This document shows, in pieces, positions 28,553-36,389 of a DNA stretch of 36,389 nt. Each line of letters starts with the position of its first letter. Positions within the stretch are counted from its first letter, which is position 1. Source of the DNA: Armatimonadota bacterium (lineage in GTDB: Bacteria; Armatimonadota; Armatimonadia; Armatimonadales; Armatimonadaceae); NCBI GenBank assembly GCA_043754515.1, contig JAYUUO010000156.1, positions 1 to 36,389 on the forward strand. The letters run 5' to 3'. The notes under the pieces are model-generated. The model made no database searches, had not been told where the DNA came from, and was given only the letters and a program-made list of their open reading frames with translations. A program made the position numbers and the translations under genes.

Positions 28553-29621
28553 TCACGAGCGGCGTTTCCTCCCCATTGCTCGTGTCAGTTCCAGGTCATA
28601 CAGGCGGTCAAGCTGCTCGGAAATCGGGCTCGGCATGAGTTGCGAGTAATCGTCCGTCGCATGGGCGATCGTGCCTGCCTCGGTACGCTCCATAGCGAAA
28701 TAGCGGACGGCATCGGATGATTTCGCTTGCAGGTCGAACTCTTTCAGGATGACGTAACTATGCGTTCCTAAAAATATCCGCACGCCGCTTCGCGCCAGTT
28801 AGAGCAGAACATCCACGATCTCGTCCACCAGTTTCGGATTGATGCTCGCTTCGGGTTCATCCCAGTAGAACATATCACCGGGACGCAGGAAGCCGTTCTT
28901 AAGCAGTTGCCAAAGCGTGGCGACTTTGCGAACGCCTTCCGCTACCAGTTGCATCGGTTGGCGACCGTTTGCCGTTTTCAAGTAAAACTGCTCGCTCTCC
29001 TCGACGACTTCTCCGCCGAGAAGCGGCGAAAGCGTTGCCTGCGCCGCGTTGCCGTCCGAGGCGGCGCGGGATTTGGGAGACAGTAGCAGCGCGACGATGT
29101 CCCGGTGCGTTTGATCGAAAGCGATTTCGTAGTTGTCATAAATAGACAGAAACCGCCGTGTGTGCGCCATCATGTCAATCGCGGGGATGAACGCGGGGCG
29201 CGGCATCAGCGGTGGAACCCCGGTCGCCTGAAGGATACTCGCCACACCGTTCACTGGCATCAGGACACCGTTCACTGGCATCAGGACAAAGCCCCATGGT
29301 TTCCCCCCGGATACCCCTTCCGACTCGGTCGCGCCCGTCCTTCGTCCTTCTGATCGCCCGAGATCGGTTAACTGTGGCATTCCCTGGACACCAGGTAATT
29401 GAAAAAAACCTCGCCACTGTTGCTTCTAGCGTGTCGAAGTTTGCCCCGCGCCCCTCGGTGCGGACGTACTGAACGGCGTACAGCACCTTCATCAGGTGGG
29501 TCTTGCCCGTGCCGTTCTCGCCGACGAAGATATTGATCGTCGGCGAGAACTCGAACGACACGTCGGCGAACGCGGTGAAGTTCGTCAATCGGAGCGATTC
29601 GTGACGCGGGTGTGTCGTCAT
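28553..29621 (-). pseudogene. AAA_21/ABC-type ATPase, disrupted
   Basis: LTNFTAF...GENGTGKT (Walker A); frameshift near 29390; AEGVRK, WDEPEA (Walker B); in-frame TAA at 28799-28801; THS. Confidence 0.85.
29244..29288. repeat. Perfect 21-bp tandem duplication within the ATPase pseudogene
   Basis: ACACCGTTCACTGGCATCAGG x2 (VLMPVNG x2). Confidence 0.95.
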
Positions 29622-29676
29622 CCACCCGACACCCAAGCCGCTCTGGACGCCGCATGTTCATACGCATTGGAGCGTG

Positions 29677-30783
29677 TCAAAGCAGATTCGCCCCCGCGTT
29701 CGCGCCTGCCGCCCCGTCCTTCTGGTGGATGAGACACAACGGCTTGCCGAACTTCTGCGTGCTGAGCGTCACCTGACCTGGCGTGAGCTTCATTGTGCAT
29801 CCCAGCACGCTGCAGGCGGGGTTGTTCGCGAGCGGGTTCGGCTTATCCGAGCCGAGCATCACGGGCGGCATCGGGCGATCAGGGACGGGCGGCAGGACCG
29901 ACGCACGGGGCGCGGGTTCCTCTTCCGCAAACGGGTCATCCGCGTCGGGATCGTCCGGCTCATCGTTCCCGCCGGGATCGGCGTAGTCCGGTTCCGGCTC
30001 CCGCATCCGCACCACGCGGGCGGGCGCGTTGTCCGGCGCGGGACCCGACACCACCTCGAGGGGGGCCGACCTTTGCGAGGAGAGGTCGGTCGCTACGGCT
30101 CTTTGCGGCGCGGGATCGCGCGGGCGCGGCGACGGCGGGGCGGCGACGGGATGAGGCGGTCCGTCCATGCGTTCCCGTGCCACCGGCACCGGGGGGCGGT
30201 CGAGTTGCCGCTCCCGCTGTGCCGGTGGTGCCATCGCCGCCGGTTCAAAAGGGGATTCTTCCTCCGGCGCGGTCATCGGCATCGGCGGGCGGTTGTCGCC
30301 GCCGTTGCCGTTGCCGTTCATGCCCCCGTTGCCGTTCATCGGCGCGGACCGCGTGGGACCAGGGCGGTTGTTGAAGTTGCCCGAAGGCGAGCCGCTCGGT
30401 CGGGCCACGAAGCGCGCCGCGCCACTCGGACCCTGGGGGGTGTCCGTGAACCGCGCGCCTTCTTCGAGTTCCGGCGCGAACTGCGTGCCGAAGCCACACA
30501 TCAGGAGCGCGCGCCCGACGCTACCCGTCTCCGCCTTCTCCATGTAGTCGGGGAACCCCTTGACATTCTCCATCTTTGTCCCGGTGCCGATCACCCGCCC
30601 GGCGGCGTCCATGATGTTCGCGGAAAATATCGCGTACTGCTTTTCCAGGTTGATCTCGACTGCGGTGGTGACGATGCTCCAGTCGGGATGCTCCTGCCGG
30701 AACCAGATCAGGCGCGCGGACACGGGGAGATACTCCCGGTTGCCCTGCACGCGGATCATGTACTTTTTCGGATCGAATGCCAT
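29677..30783 (-). CDS. Rad52-like/phage-type single-strand annealing protein with long Pro-rich linker and C-terminal Cys/His motif
   Basis: EYLPV..RLIWFR.EHP.W, EKAETGSVGRAL..CGFGTQF; C-terminal CSVLGC...STQKFGKPLCLIHQ. Confidence 0.65.
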   Translation of the reverse strand: MAFDPKKYMIRVQGNREYLPVSARLIWFRQEHPDWSIVTTAVEINLEKQYAIFSANIMDAAGRVIGTGTKMENVKGFPDYMEKAETGSVGRALLMCGFGTQFAPELEEGARFTDTPQGPSGAARFVARPSGSPSGNFNNRPGPTRSAPMNGNGGMNGNGNGGDNRPPMPMTAPEEESPFEPAAMAPPAQRERQLDRPPVPVARERMDGPPHPVAAPPSPRPRDPAPQRAVATDLSSQRSAPLEVVSGPAPDNAPARVVRMREPEPDYADPGGNDEPDDPDADDPFAEEEPAPRASVLPPVPDRPMPPVMLGSDKPNPLANNPACSVLGCTMKLTPGQVTLSTQKFGKPLCLIHQKDGAAGANAGANLL

Positions 30784-30874
30784 CTTTCCAGCCCTTTCAA
30801 GAATGCCGATTCCCTCTTAATAACTATCAAGGATCACGGGTGGATTGTGTTTCGGCGCGTGACGCGCCCTGCCT

Positions 30875-30883
30875 ATTATATCA
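30875..30883 (-). promoter_or_regulatory. Extended -10 promoter for the annealing-protein gene
   Basis: Minus strand TG-A-TATAAT; a second candidate TTGACG-N16-CACAAT lies at 30942-30969. Confidence 0.55.
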
Positions 30884-31007
30884 AAAACACGCTTTTTTAG
30901 CGCGTGCGTTTTTATTTTTCGGCCCGTATTAAGATGCGAGGATTGTGAAAACCGGCGCAAGATCGTCAAAACTTATACCACCCCCCGGAAAAACTTCGCG
31001 AACACCG

Positions 31008-31037
31008 TTGACGATTTTCAAAAACCGGTGGTACACT
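31008..31037 (+). promoter_or_regulatory. Sigma70-type promoter upstream of the G5/3D gene
   Basis: TTGACG-N18-TACACT with TGn extension. Confidence 0.65.
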
Positions 31038-31043
31038 CTACCG

Positions 31044-31410
31044 GTTCTTCCCAATGCGGAAAGTATTTTTCCGAAGATGGAAATAAAGTGGCGATGCCGC
31101 GACGAATTTCTTTCGCGCCCGTGGAGAACCTTCAAGGCAGGTAATCGGACCTGCGGCGAACAATTGCGTTCGCTCCTGACTTACGGCTCGGCGTCCGAGT
31201 GGATTGGCGCGCTCTTTAATATAGAGGAGTGTCCTCCCCCGGAACGCACAAGTATGCGTGGTAAATACAATCGTTGGGATTAGAAACTCCGACATGCCAC
31301 GGGTGCTCACGGGAATTGCCGGTTTCGCGGAAAACGTTGTCACCGCGAACCTTGCTCATGACAGCAGGGTCCTTCGGCAAACATCCCCCGTCATGTACTA
31401 GGAGGCATTC
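31044..31410 (+). ncRNA. Long structured 5' leader or sRNA candidate
   Basis: Run of hairpins and a three-way junction just upstream of the AGGAGG RBS. Confidence 0.4.
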
Positions 31411-32337
31411 ATGCCGAATCATTATACGCGTCCGCGAAGCGTCGCGGACACGGGCAAACTCGTATTGCCCACGGCGCATTCTATGCGCCGACGAATCGCG
31501 GTGCTCGCGCTGTCCTTCGGGATGGCGACCTGTTTCGGGATCACGGTCTGTTCCGCGCTTCCCCAGGAGACCGCGACGAAAAGCATCGGGGCGATCTTGC
31601 CCGTGCCGACTCACGATGTGACTATCATCGTGGACGGCGACACTGAAACAGTGGACACTTCGAAGGCCACGGTAGGGGAACTGCTCGAAGCGCGGGGCAT
31701 CCGGCTCGGGAAAACCGACCGCTGCACCGTGCCGCTCATGACCCCGATCACGCCGGACATGATTCCGCTCGTGATCACGCGCATCCGGGTCGAACAGGTC
31801 AAGGAACGCACCCCGCTCCCCTTCGTCACGAAGAAGCAACTCACGCCCAGGCTCCGCGTCGGCCAGAGCAAAACCGTCCGCGCCGGTGTCAAAGGCGAGA
31901 AAGTTACCACGTACCGCGTGGTCACCCGGAACGGCGAGACGACACGCACGCCCATCCACGTTTCCGTCAAGCAACCCAAATCCGCCCTCATGCTGTCCGG
32001 GATGCGCGGCGCGACTTTCGCCCACCTGCTGGCGTCACGCGGCTCATTCGCCGGGGTGCGTTCCTTCACCATGCGCGCGACCGGCTACGGGCCGGGAGAC
32101 AACGGTAAATGGGGCAACCAGACCGCGACCGGGGTACGCCCCGGCTTCGGTATCGTCGCCGTGGACCCCCGGTTTATGCGTCTGGGCACACGCCTTTATA
32201 TCGAGAATTACGGCTACGCGATAGCCGCCGATACGGGCGGCGCAATCAAGGGCAACCGGATTGACCTCGGCTACAACACGCACTCGCAGGCGGAAGCCGT
32301 CGGGCGGCGCACGGTGCGCGTGATCGTCCTGCCGTAA
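31411..32337 (+). CDS. YabE-like DUF348/G5/3D cell-wall protein
   Basis: AGGAGG SD; TM helix; TV.ELL...GI.L...D (DUF348); G5; MRATGY...TATG...IVAVDP...LGT.LYI..YG.AIA.DTGGAIKGNRIDL (3D). Confidence 0.92.
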   Translation: MPNHYTRPRSVADTGKLVLPTAHSMRRRIAVLALSFGMATCFGITVCSALPQETATKSIGAILPVPTHDVTIIVDGDTETVDTSKATVGELLEARGIRLGKTDRCTVPLMTPITPDMIPLVITRIRVEQVKERTPLPFVTKKQLTPRLRVGQSKTVRAGVKGEKVTTYRVVTRNGETTRTPIHVSVKQPKSALMLSGMRGATFAHLLASRGSFAGVRSFTMRATGYGPGDNGKWGNQTATGVRPGFGIVAVDPRFMRLGTRLYIENYGYAIAADTGGAIKGNRIDLGYNTHSQAEAVGRRTVRVIVLP

Positions 32338-32348
32338 CCGTCGGCTGG

Positions 32349-33485
32349 CTACGTCGGACGTAGCGACGCCCCGCGCGATGAAGCGCGGGGCGTTCTGTTT
32401 GTCTGGTGGGAGTTGGAGGTGCCGATCCTCTCGTCCCAGCGTGCGCCGAAGCGCAGGATGGCTTTGCCTAGCACCGGGTGTGCGCGAAGCCATATGTCGT
32501 CAAACAGAATCCAGCGCGTGAACAGGTCCGTACCGACTTGGGGCGCGGTCTCCCATCTGTCGGCGTGCAGGCAAAGCCCGGCGACGTGTTCTCCGGACTG
32601 GACTAGAGATTTTTCACACACGAACAACTCGCCCCGCGCCCGAGTTCGCGCGGTTGCTCGGGCGAGCGTGTCGCGATCCTCGGTGGGCGTTGTCGCCTCC
32701 CCGAAACCGAACCGGTAAAGGTCGGCATCGAGCGCGACGAGTGGCACGGTTCCGGCCTCGGCGAGGATGTCGCCGAGTCCCCTGTCCGGCGTGGGCTCCC
32801 CGTCCGCGCCCACCGTGAGGGCGCGGAGTAGCACGAGTTCGCGAAGCCAATGCTCGTCTGGCAGATTTGCGCCCAGGTAGTTGATAATCCCAGGCAAACG
32901 AAGTCCCTTTATACGGAACGTGCCCTTTATGTCTATCAGGCTAGATGAATCGGTATAAGAGAGGAACGCCCCGTACACGAAGCCTGCCCCGCCGCTACCG
33001 GGGGACAACGATTCGATACCGAGCAACACAGGGAGTCTCTCGACACGCGGCCAGATAGATGTCGGTAGTTGCGGGCCTTCGAGTAGCAGGTACGCCGCCT
33101 TGTCCGCGTTCGCGGCGAGGCAATGGTCGTCGAAGAAGTAGTACGCGAGTTCGAGTTCGTCGTCGTCCGTCAGAACCTGGATGGCGTGCGGCTTTGCCAG
33201 CAGTTCCCCTTCGACGTATAGATGTTCCTGAAGAATCGCGGCAAGTTGTCGGTTGGTATTGGGCGCGGGTATGTGATGCTCCCCTATCGCCTCGAACAGC
33301 GAAGCGAAGCCGTACACGTCCGCGCCCAGCACCTGATCCACGTATTCGCGCGCCGCCTCGCCTTTATCGAACCCCTTCCAGTGCCTCTGAAACCATCCCA
33401 GCACGGATTCGTCCTCGGGGAAATGGCGCAGATATTTGCCCGACGGATAGTTGTAGTGAGTGCGTAGCGCGAAGTAGACGCCTAT
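32349..33485 (-). CDS. Hypothetical protein; start uncertain (ATA 33485 or GTG 33404)
   Basis: Frame open back to the upstream gene's stop; protein-like composition throughout. Confidence 0.65.
   Translation of the reverse strand: MGVYFALRTHYNYPSGKYLRHFPEDESVLGWFQRHWKGFDKGEAAREYVDQVLGADVYGFASLFEAIGEHHIPAPNTNRQLAAILQEHLYVEGELLAKPHAIQVLTDDDELELAYYFFDDHCLAANADKAAYLLLEGPQLPTSIWPRVERLPVLLGIESLSPGSGGAGFVYGAFLSYTDSSSLIDIKGTFRIKGLRLPGIINYLGANLPDEHWLRELVLLRALTVGADGEPTPDRGLGDILAEAGTVPLVALDADLYRFGFGEATTPTEDRDTLARATARTRARGELFVCEKSLVQSGEHVAGLCLHADRWETAPQVGTDLFTRWILFDDIWLRAHPVLGKAILRFGARWDERIGTSNSHQTNRTPRASSRGASLRPT
32366..32400 (+). terminator. Rho-independent terminator
   Basis: 11-bp stem ACGCCCCGCGC/GCGCGGGGCGT followed by TCTGTTT; preceded by palindrome GCTACGTCGGACGTAGC (32348-32364). 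Confidence 0.75.
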
Positions 33486-33500
33486 ATGATTTTCGCCCGC

Positions 33501-34895
33501 CTATCGCTTCCCATATTGCTCACACAGCGCGAGTAGGAACCACGCCGTGTGCCGCGTCCCGTTCACGAAGTCGGAAACGCGCATGTTCTCGTTCGGCGCG
33601 TGTACCCGCGCCCCCGGGTAGCTGACGCCGCAGGTGACGACTGGCTGGCGTAGCCCGCTCACGAACGGGTGGATGGGGCCGGAGCCACCCACCATCGGCA
33701 CGATACACGGCTCCTTGCCATACACATCGCGGGCGGTCTCGGCGGCCAGTTGAACGTACGGGTGGTTCGGGTCAACGCGCCCCGGCTTCTGCCCGCCGAG
33801 GTACCGGATCTCGATGTCGGAAAAGCCGTTCGCGTCCAGGTGTTTGCGCAGACTCGCGCGGACTGTTTCCGGGTCCTGGTCGGGGACGAGCCGGAAGTCC
33901 ACCTTGGCGAAGGCTCGGGCGGGTAGCACGGTCTTCGCGCCCGCGCCGGTGTAGCCGGACTCGATTCCGTTAATGGTACACGTCGGCTCGAACACGGCGC
34001 GTCGCTGGTACTCGACCCCGGTGGCGTCGCCCAGGAAGCCGCCGGGCGGGGCGAACTCGGTGCGCATAAACGCTTCCTGCCCGGCGGGTAGCGCGGCTAG
34101 CAGTTCAATGTCTGCGTCGGAGGCGGCGCGAACGGCGTCGTAATGGCCCGGCAGTAGAATCCGCTCCCCGCGCGTTTTGAGCGTGTTCAGTGCCCACACG
34201 AGACGCCACGCCGCGTTCGGGAGCAACGAGCCGCCGACGCCGGAGTGGGCGTCATAGGCGATGGTCTTCGCGTGCAACTCGAAATAGGCAATGCCACGCA
34301 GGCCGCAGATGATCTCCGGTCGCCCGGTCTCGTCCACGCCGCCGAACTCCCAGATGGTCACGTCGGCGTTCAGGAGCGCGGCGTGACTCGCCACCCAGTC
34401 CGGGAAATGCACGGACGCGACCTCCTCCTCGCCCTCGACCACGACCTTGACGTTGAAGGGCAACTGCCCCCCGTTCGTGGCTTTTAGAGCGTCCAGCGCG
34501 AGCAGGCGACAGGCGATGTGTCCCTTGTCGTCGGAAATACCGCGCCCGTACAAATGGTCGCCGTCGCGCCGCAACACCCACGGATCGGAAGTCCACAATT
34601 CGAGCGGCTCGGCGGGCTGGACATCGTAGTGGTTGTAAAACAGCACCGTCGGGGCGTCAACGCCCGCCGAGCGGTCTTCGGCGTACACGACCGGGGGCGC
34701 GCCCGGGACGGTAGGCAGGATGCGCGACGACAGGCCACGCTTTTCGAGTAGCCGCGCCACCGCTTCCGCGCCGCGCCCCATCGGGGCATCCGGTTTGGCG
34801 GCGACGCTAGGAATGGCGATCAACTCGGCGAGTTCGGCGAGCGCGTTCTCAAGGTGCGCGTCAATAGCGGCATAAAGAGGTTCGTAACTGTTCAT
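33501..34895 (-). CDS. M20/M25/M40 family metallopeptidase (dipeptidase-like)
   Basis: YNHYDVQP, YGRGISDDKG, EGEEE, DAHSG, FRLVPDQDP, HAPNEN. Confidence 0.95.
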   Translation of the reverse strand: MNSYEPLYAAIDAHLENALAELAELIAIPSVAAKPDAPMGRGAEAVARLLEKRGLSSRILPTVPGAPPVVYAEDRSAGVDAPTVLFYNHYDVQPAEPLELWTSDPWVLRRDGDHLYGRGISDDKGHIACRLLALDALKATNGGQLPFNVKVVVEGEEEVASVHFPDWVASHAALLNADVTIWEFGGVDETGRPEIICGLRGIAYFELHAKTIAYDAHSGVGGSLLPNAAWRLVWALNTLKTRGERILLPGHYDAVRAASDADIELLAALPAGQEAFMRTEFAPPGGFLGDATGVEYQRRAVFEPTCTINGIESGYTGAGAKTVLPARAFAKVDFRLVPDQDPETVRASLRKHLDANGFSDIEIRYLGGQKPGRVDPNHPYVQLAAETARDVYGKEPCIVPMVGGSGPIHPFVSGLRQPVVTCGVSYPGARVHAPNENMRVSDFVNGTRHTAWFLLALCEQYGKR

Positions 34896-34930
34896 GCGGC
34901 ATTGTAGCACGCGGTGCCGCGCGGTGATAT

Positions 34931-36389
34931 TCAGTCACGCGCAGTTAGTAGATTCGCAAGCGTCGCCGCGCGTCGGAGCGTCCCCTTCGGCGTATAAACG
35001 AACGAGGATGGGGCCACCAGTCGTACGGAACATACCAGCCGCCCCGCCGACCCGAGCGCGGCGGTTACCGCCGCGAGGTCGAGCGCGACATCGGCGGCGG
35101 CCTCCAGCGTTTCGCCATCCGCCGTATAGAGGAGCAGGTTCTCGAGGCCCGGTATCTCCGTCCGGAGCGCGTTCTCGAGCAACTCCGCCTCTATACGGCG
35201 GCCGTTGGCGAGCTTGAAGGCGGAGTCGCAACGCCCCGCGAAGAAAAGGTCGCCGTCCGGTGCCCGCGTCACCAGATCCCCGGTGTCGTGCCAGCGGTCC
35301 GCGCCGAGCGTGGTCAGGCCTGTTTGCGCCGACCACATGCCGTAACAGGCGTTGGCGCCGCGAAATAGGAGCACGCCGTCCCGCAAGCGGGTCTCGCAGC
35401 CGAGCGTTTTACCCAGATAACGCGCGGCGGGGAAATCACCCGGCTCGCCGAGCGCGATTCCGGGTGACGCCTCGGTCTGCCCGTAGCCGACGCGCAGACG
35501 GGTGGCACGCAAAAACTCGGTCGCGGCCTCGTCCACAGGCGCGCCGCCGACCACCCCACCCCGCAAGGAGCACAGGAAGTCCCGCCCCCGCTCCGAGACC
35601 ACGAGTCGCTTTATCGTCAGCGGCACCGCGCAGAAGTCCGTGATCCCCGCGCCCGCGAAGGTGTCTAACAAGGACTCGACATCGCGCCCGCCGTCCGGGT
35701 CGCGGTGTATTTCCGCGCCGGTTAGTAGCGCGGGCAACAGGGCGATCACCAGGCCGAACGCATGGCTCCACGGGAGGGCGGACAGCACGCGCGAGGTTTC
35801 CTCCTCGAGTCCCAGGCGTGACAGGTGCGAGTCTACCACCGCGAGTACGTTCTCGTCGGAAAGGGCGATCCAACGCCCGTCGTCGGACCCCGTTCCGGAG
35901 GTTCGCAGGAAAAACCGGGCGTCCGGCGTCGGCGCGAACCGGACTTCGCGGAGCGCGCCCGGCGTGGAAACCGGCCCGGCGAACGGATCGGCGCGGAATA
36001 TCATACGCGGCGACGTGTCCGCGGCGTCCTCAAGAACGGGAAGGGCGGCGGGTATGACCGCCGCCCGCGCGTCCGCCGCCGTCATTGTAGCGGTGACATC
36101 CGTCGCAGATCTCGGCTCCGGCACCAGTGCCAGCGTCAATCCTTCCCAGATGGCGGCGACGAACACCTGGAGCCACGCGCCGGATGGGGGCAGGGCCACG
36201 ACGATGCGGTCGCCGGATGAAAGCCCCGCCGCGCGGAACGCCTCGACCCACAAGCGTGACCCCGTCCAGACGGATGCCGCCGGAATGACGCCCTCCGCGA
36301 AACAGAAAAGAGGGTACGGTTTCTCGCGCAATCGCCCGCGAAGGCGGTCGCGAAACGAAGCGCGGGCACCGGCGTTGCCGCCGGTGCCC
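34931..36389 (-). CDS. Class I adenylate-forming (AMP-binding) enzyme, probably 5'-partial
   Basis: TSGTGS, LPWSHAFG, GGAP, GYGQTE, TGDL, GR.D..FKLANG; frame has no stop between 36331 and the window end. Confidence 0.88.
   Translation of the reverse strand, partial: GTGGNAGARASFRDRLRGRLREKPYPLFCFAEGVIPAASVWTGSRLWVEAFRAAGLSSGDRIVVALPPSGAWLQVFVAAIWEGLTLALVPEPRSATDVTATMTAADARAAVIPAALPVLEDAADTSPRMIFRADPFAGPVSTPGALREVRFAPTPDARFFLRTSGTGSDDGRWIALSDENVLAVVDSHLSRLGLEEETSRVLSALPWSHAFGLVIALLPALLTGAEIHRDPDGGRDVESLLDTFAGAGITDFCAVPLTIKRLVVSERGRDFLCSLRGGVVGGAPVDEAATEFLRATRLRVGYGQTEASPGIALGEPGDFPAARYLGKTLGCETRLRDGVLLFRGANACYGMWSAQTGLTTLGADRWHDTGDLVTRAPDGDLFFAGRCDSAFKLANGRRIEAELLENALRTEIPGLENLLLYTADGETLEAAADVALDLAAVTAALGSAGRLVCSVRLVAPSSFVYTPKGTLRRAATLANLLTARD

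Noticed and set aside
29674..30900. Long Arg-rich ORFs (also 13480-14361, 19861-20616, 20192-21259, 31216-32025)
   Set aside because: Overlap better-supported genes; composition typical of GC-rich shadow frames
36364..36389. Perfect 11-bp hairpin with a GCAA loop (minus strand) at the window edge
   Set aside because: Lies in an open frame continuous with the AMP-binding gene and has no clear U-tract; cannot be interpreted without flanking sequence

Overview
GC-rich bacterial chromosomal window, probably Armatimonadota (inferred from a prepilin/DUF1559/H-X9-DG gene with the [15 protein letters not shown] motif, PEP-CTERM-type proteins and a DUF1549/DUF1553 gene). Intact genes: beta-helix glycoside hydrolase, two SDRs, DUF1549/1553 protein, choice-of-anchor E surface protein, minCDE, a prepilin cassette, cysteine desulfurase, O-methyltransferase, alpha/beta hydrolase, Rpn-family nuclease, GT2, TrmJ-family methyltransferase, LigB-like protein, DinB, proC, three tandem FKBP PPIases, a Rad52-like annealing protein, a YabE-like G5/3D protein, M20 peptidase and an AMP-binding enzyme. 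Decayed or disrupted genes: a DUF1565-like gene fused to an IS630 fragment, a possibly truncated D-lyxose isomerase, xisH, lnt, a PEP-CTERM gene, an IS1595 remnant with an amber-interrupted passenger gene, and an AAA ATPase. The least explained signals are (i) a ~450-nt intergenic region (19980-20440) with many long helices whose G.U wobbles all point to the + strand and a possible large pseudoknot, (ii) a ~370-nt structured leader before the G5/3D gene, (iii) a possible gene-within-gene in the Rpn nuclease, and (iv) repeated leaderless and back-to-back -10 promoters. All calls are by eye; no database searches or folding programs were run.
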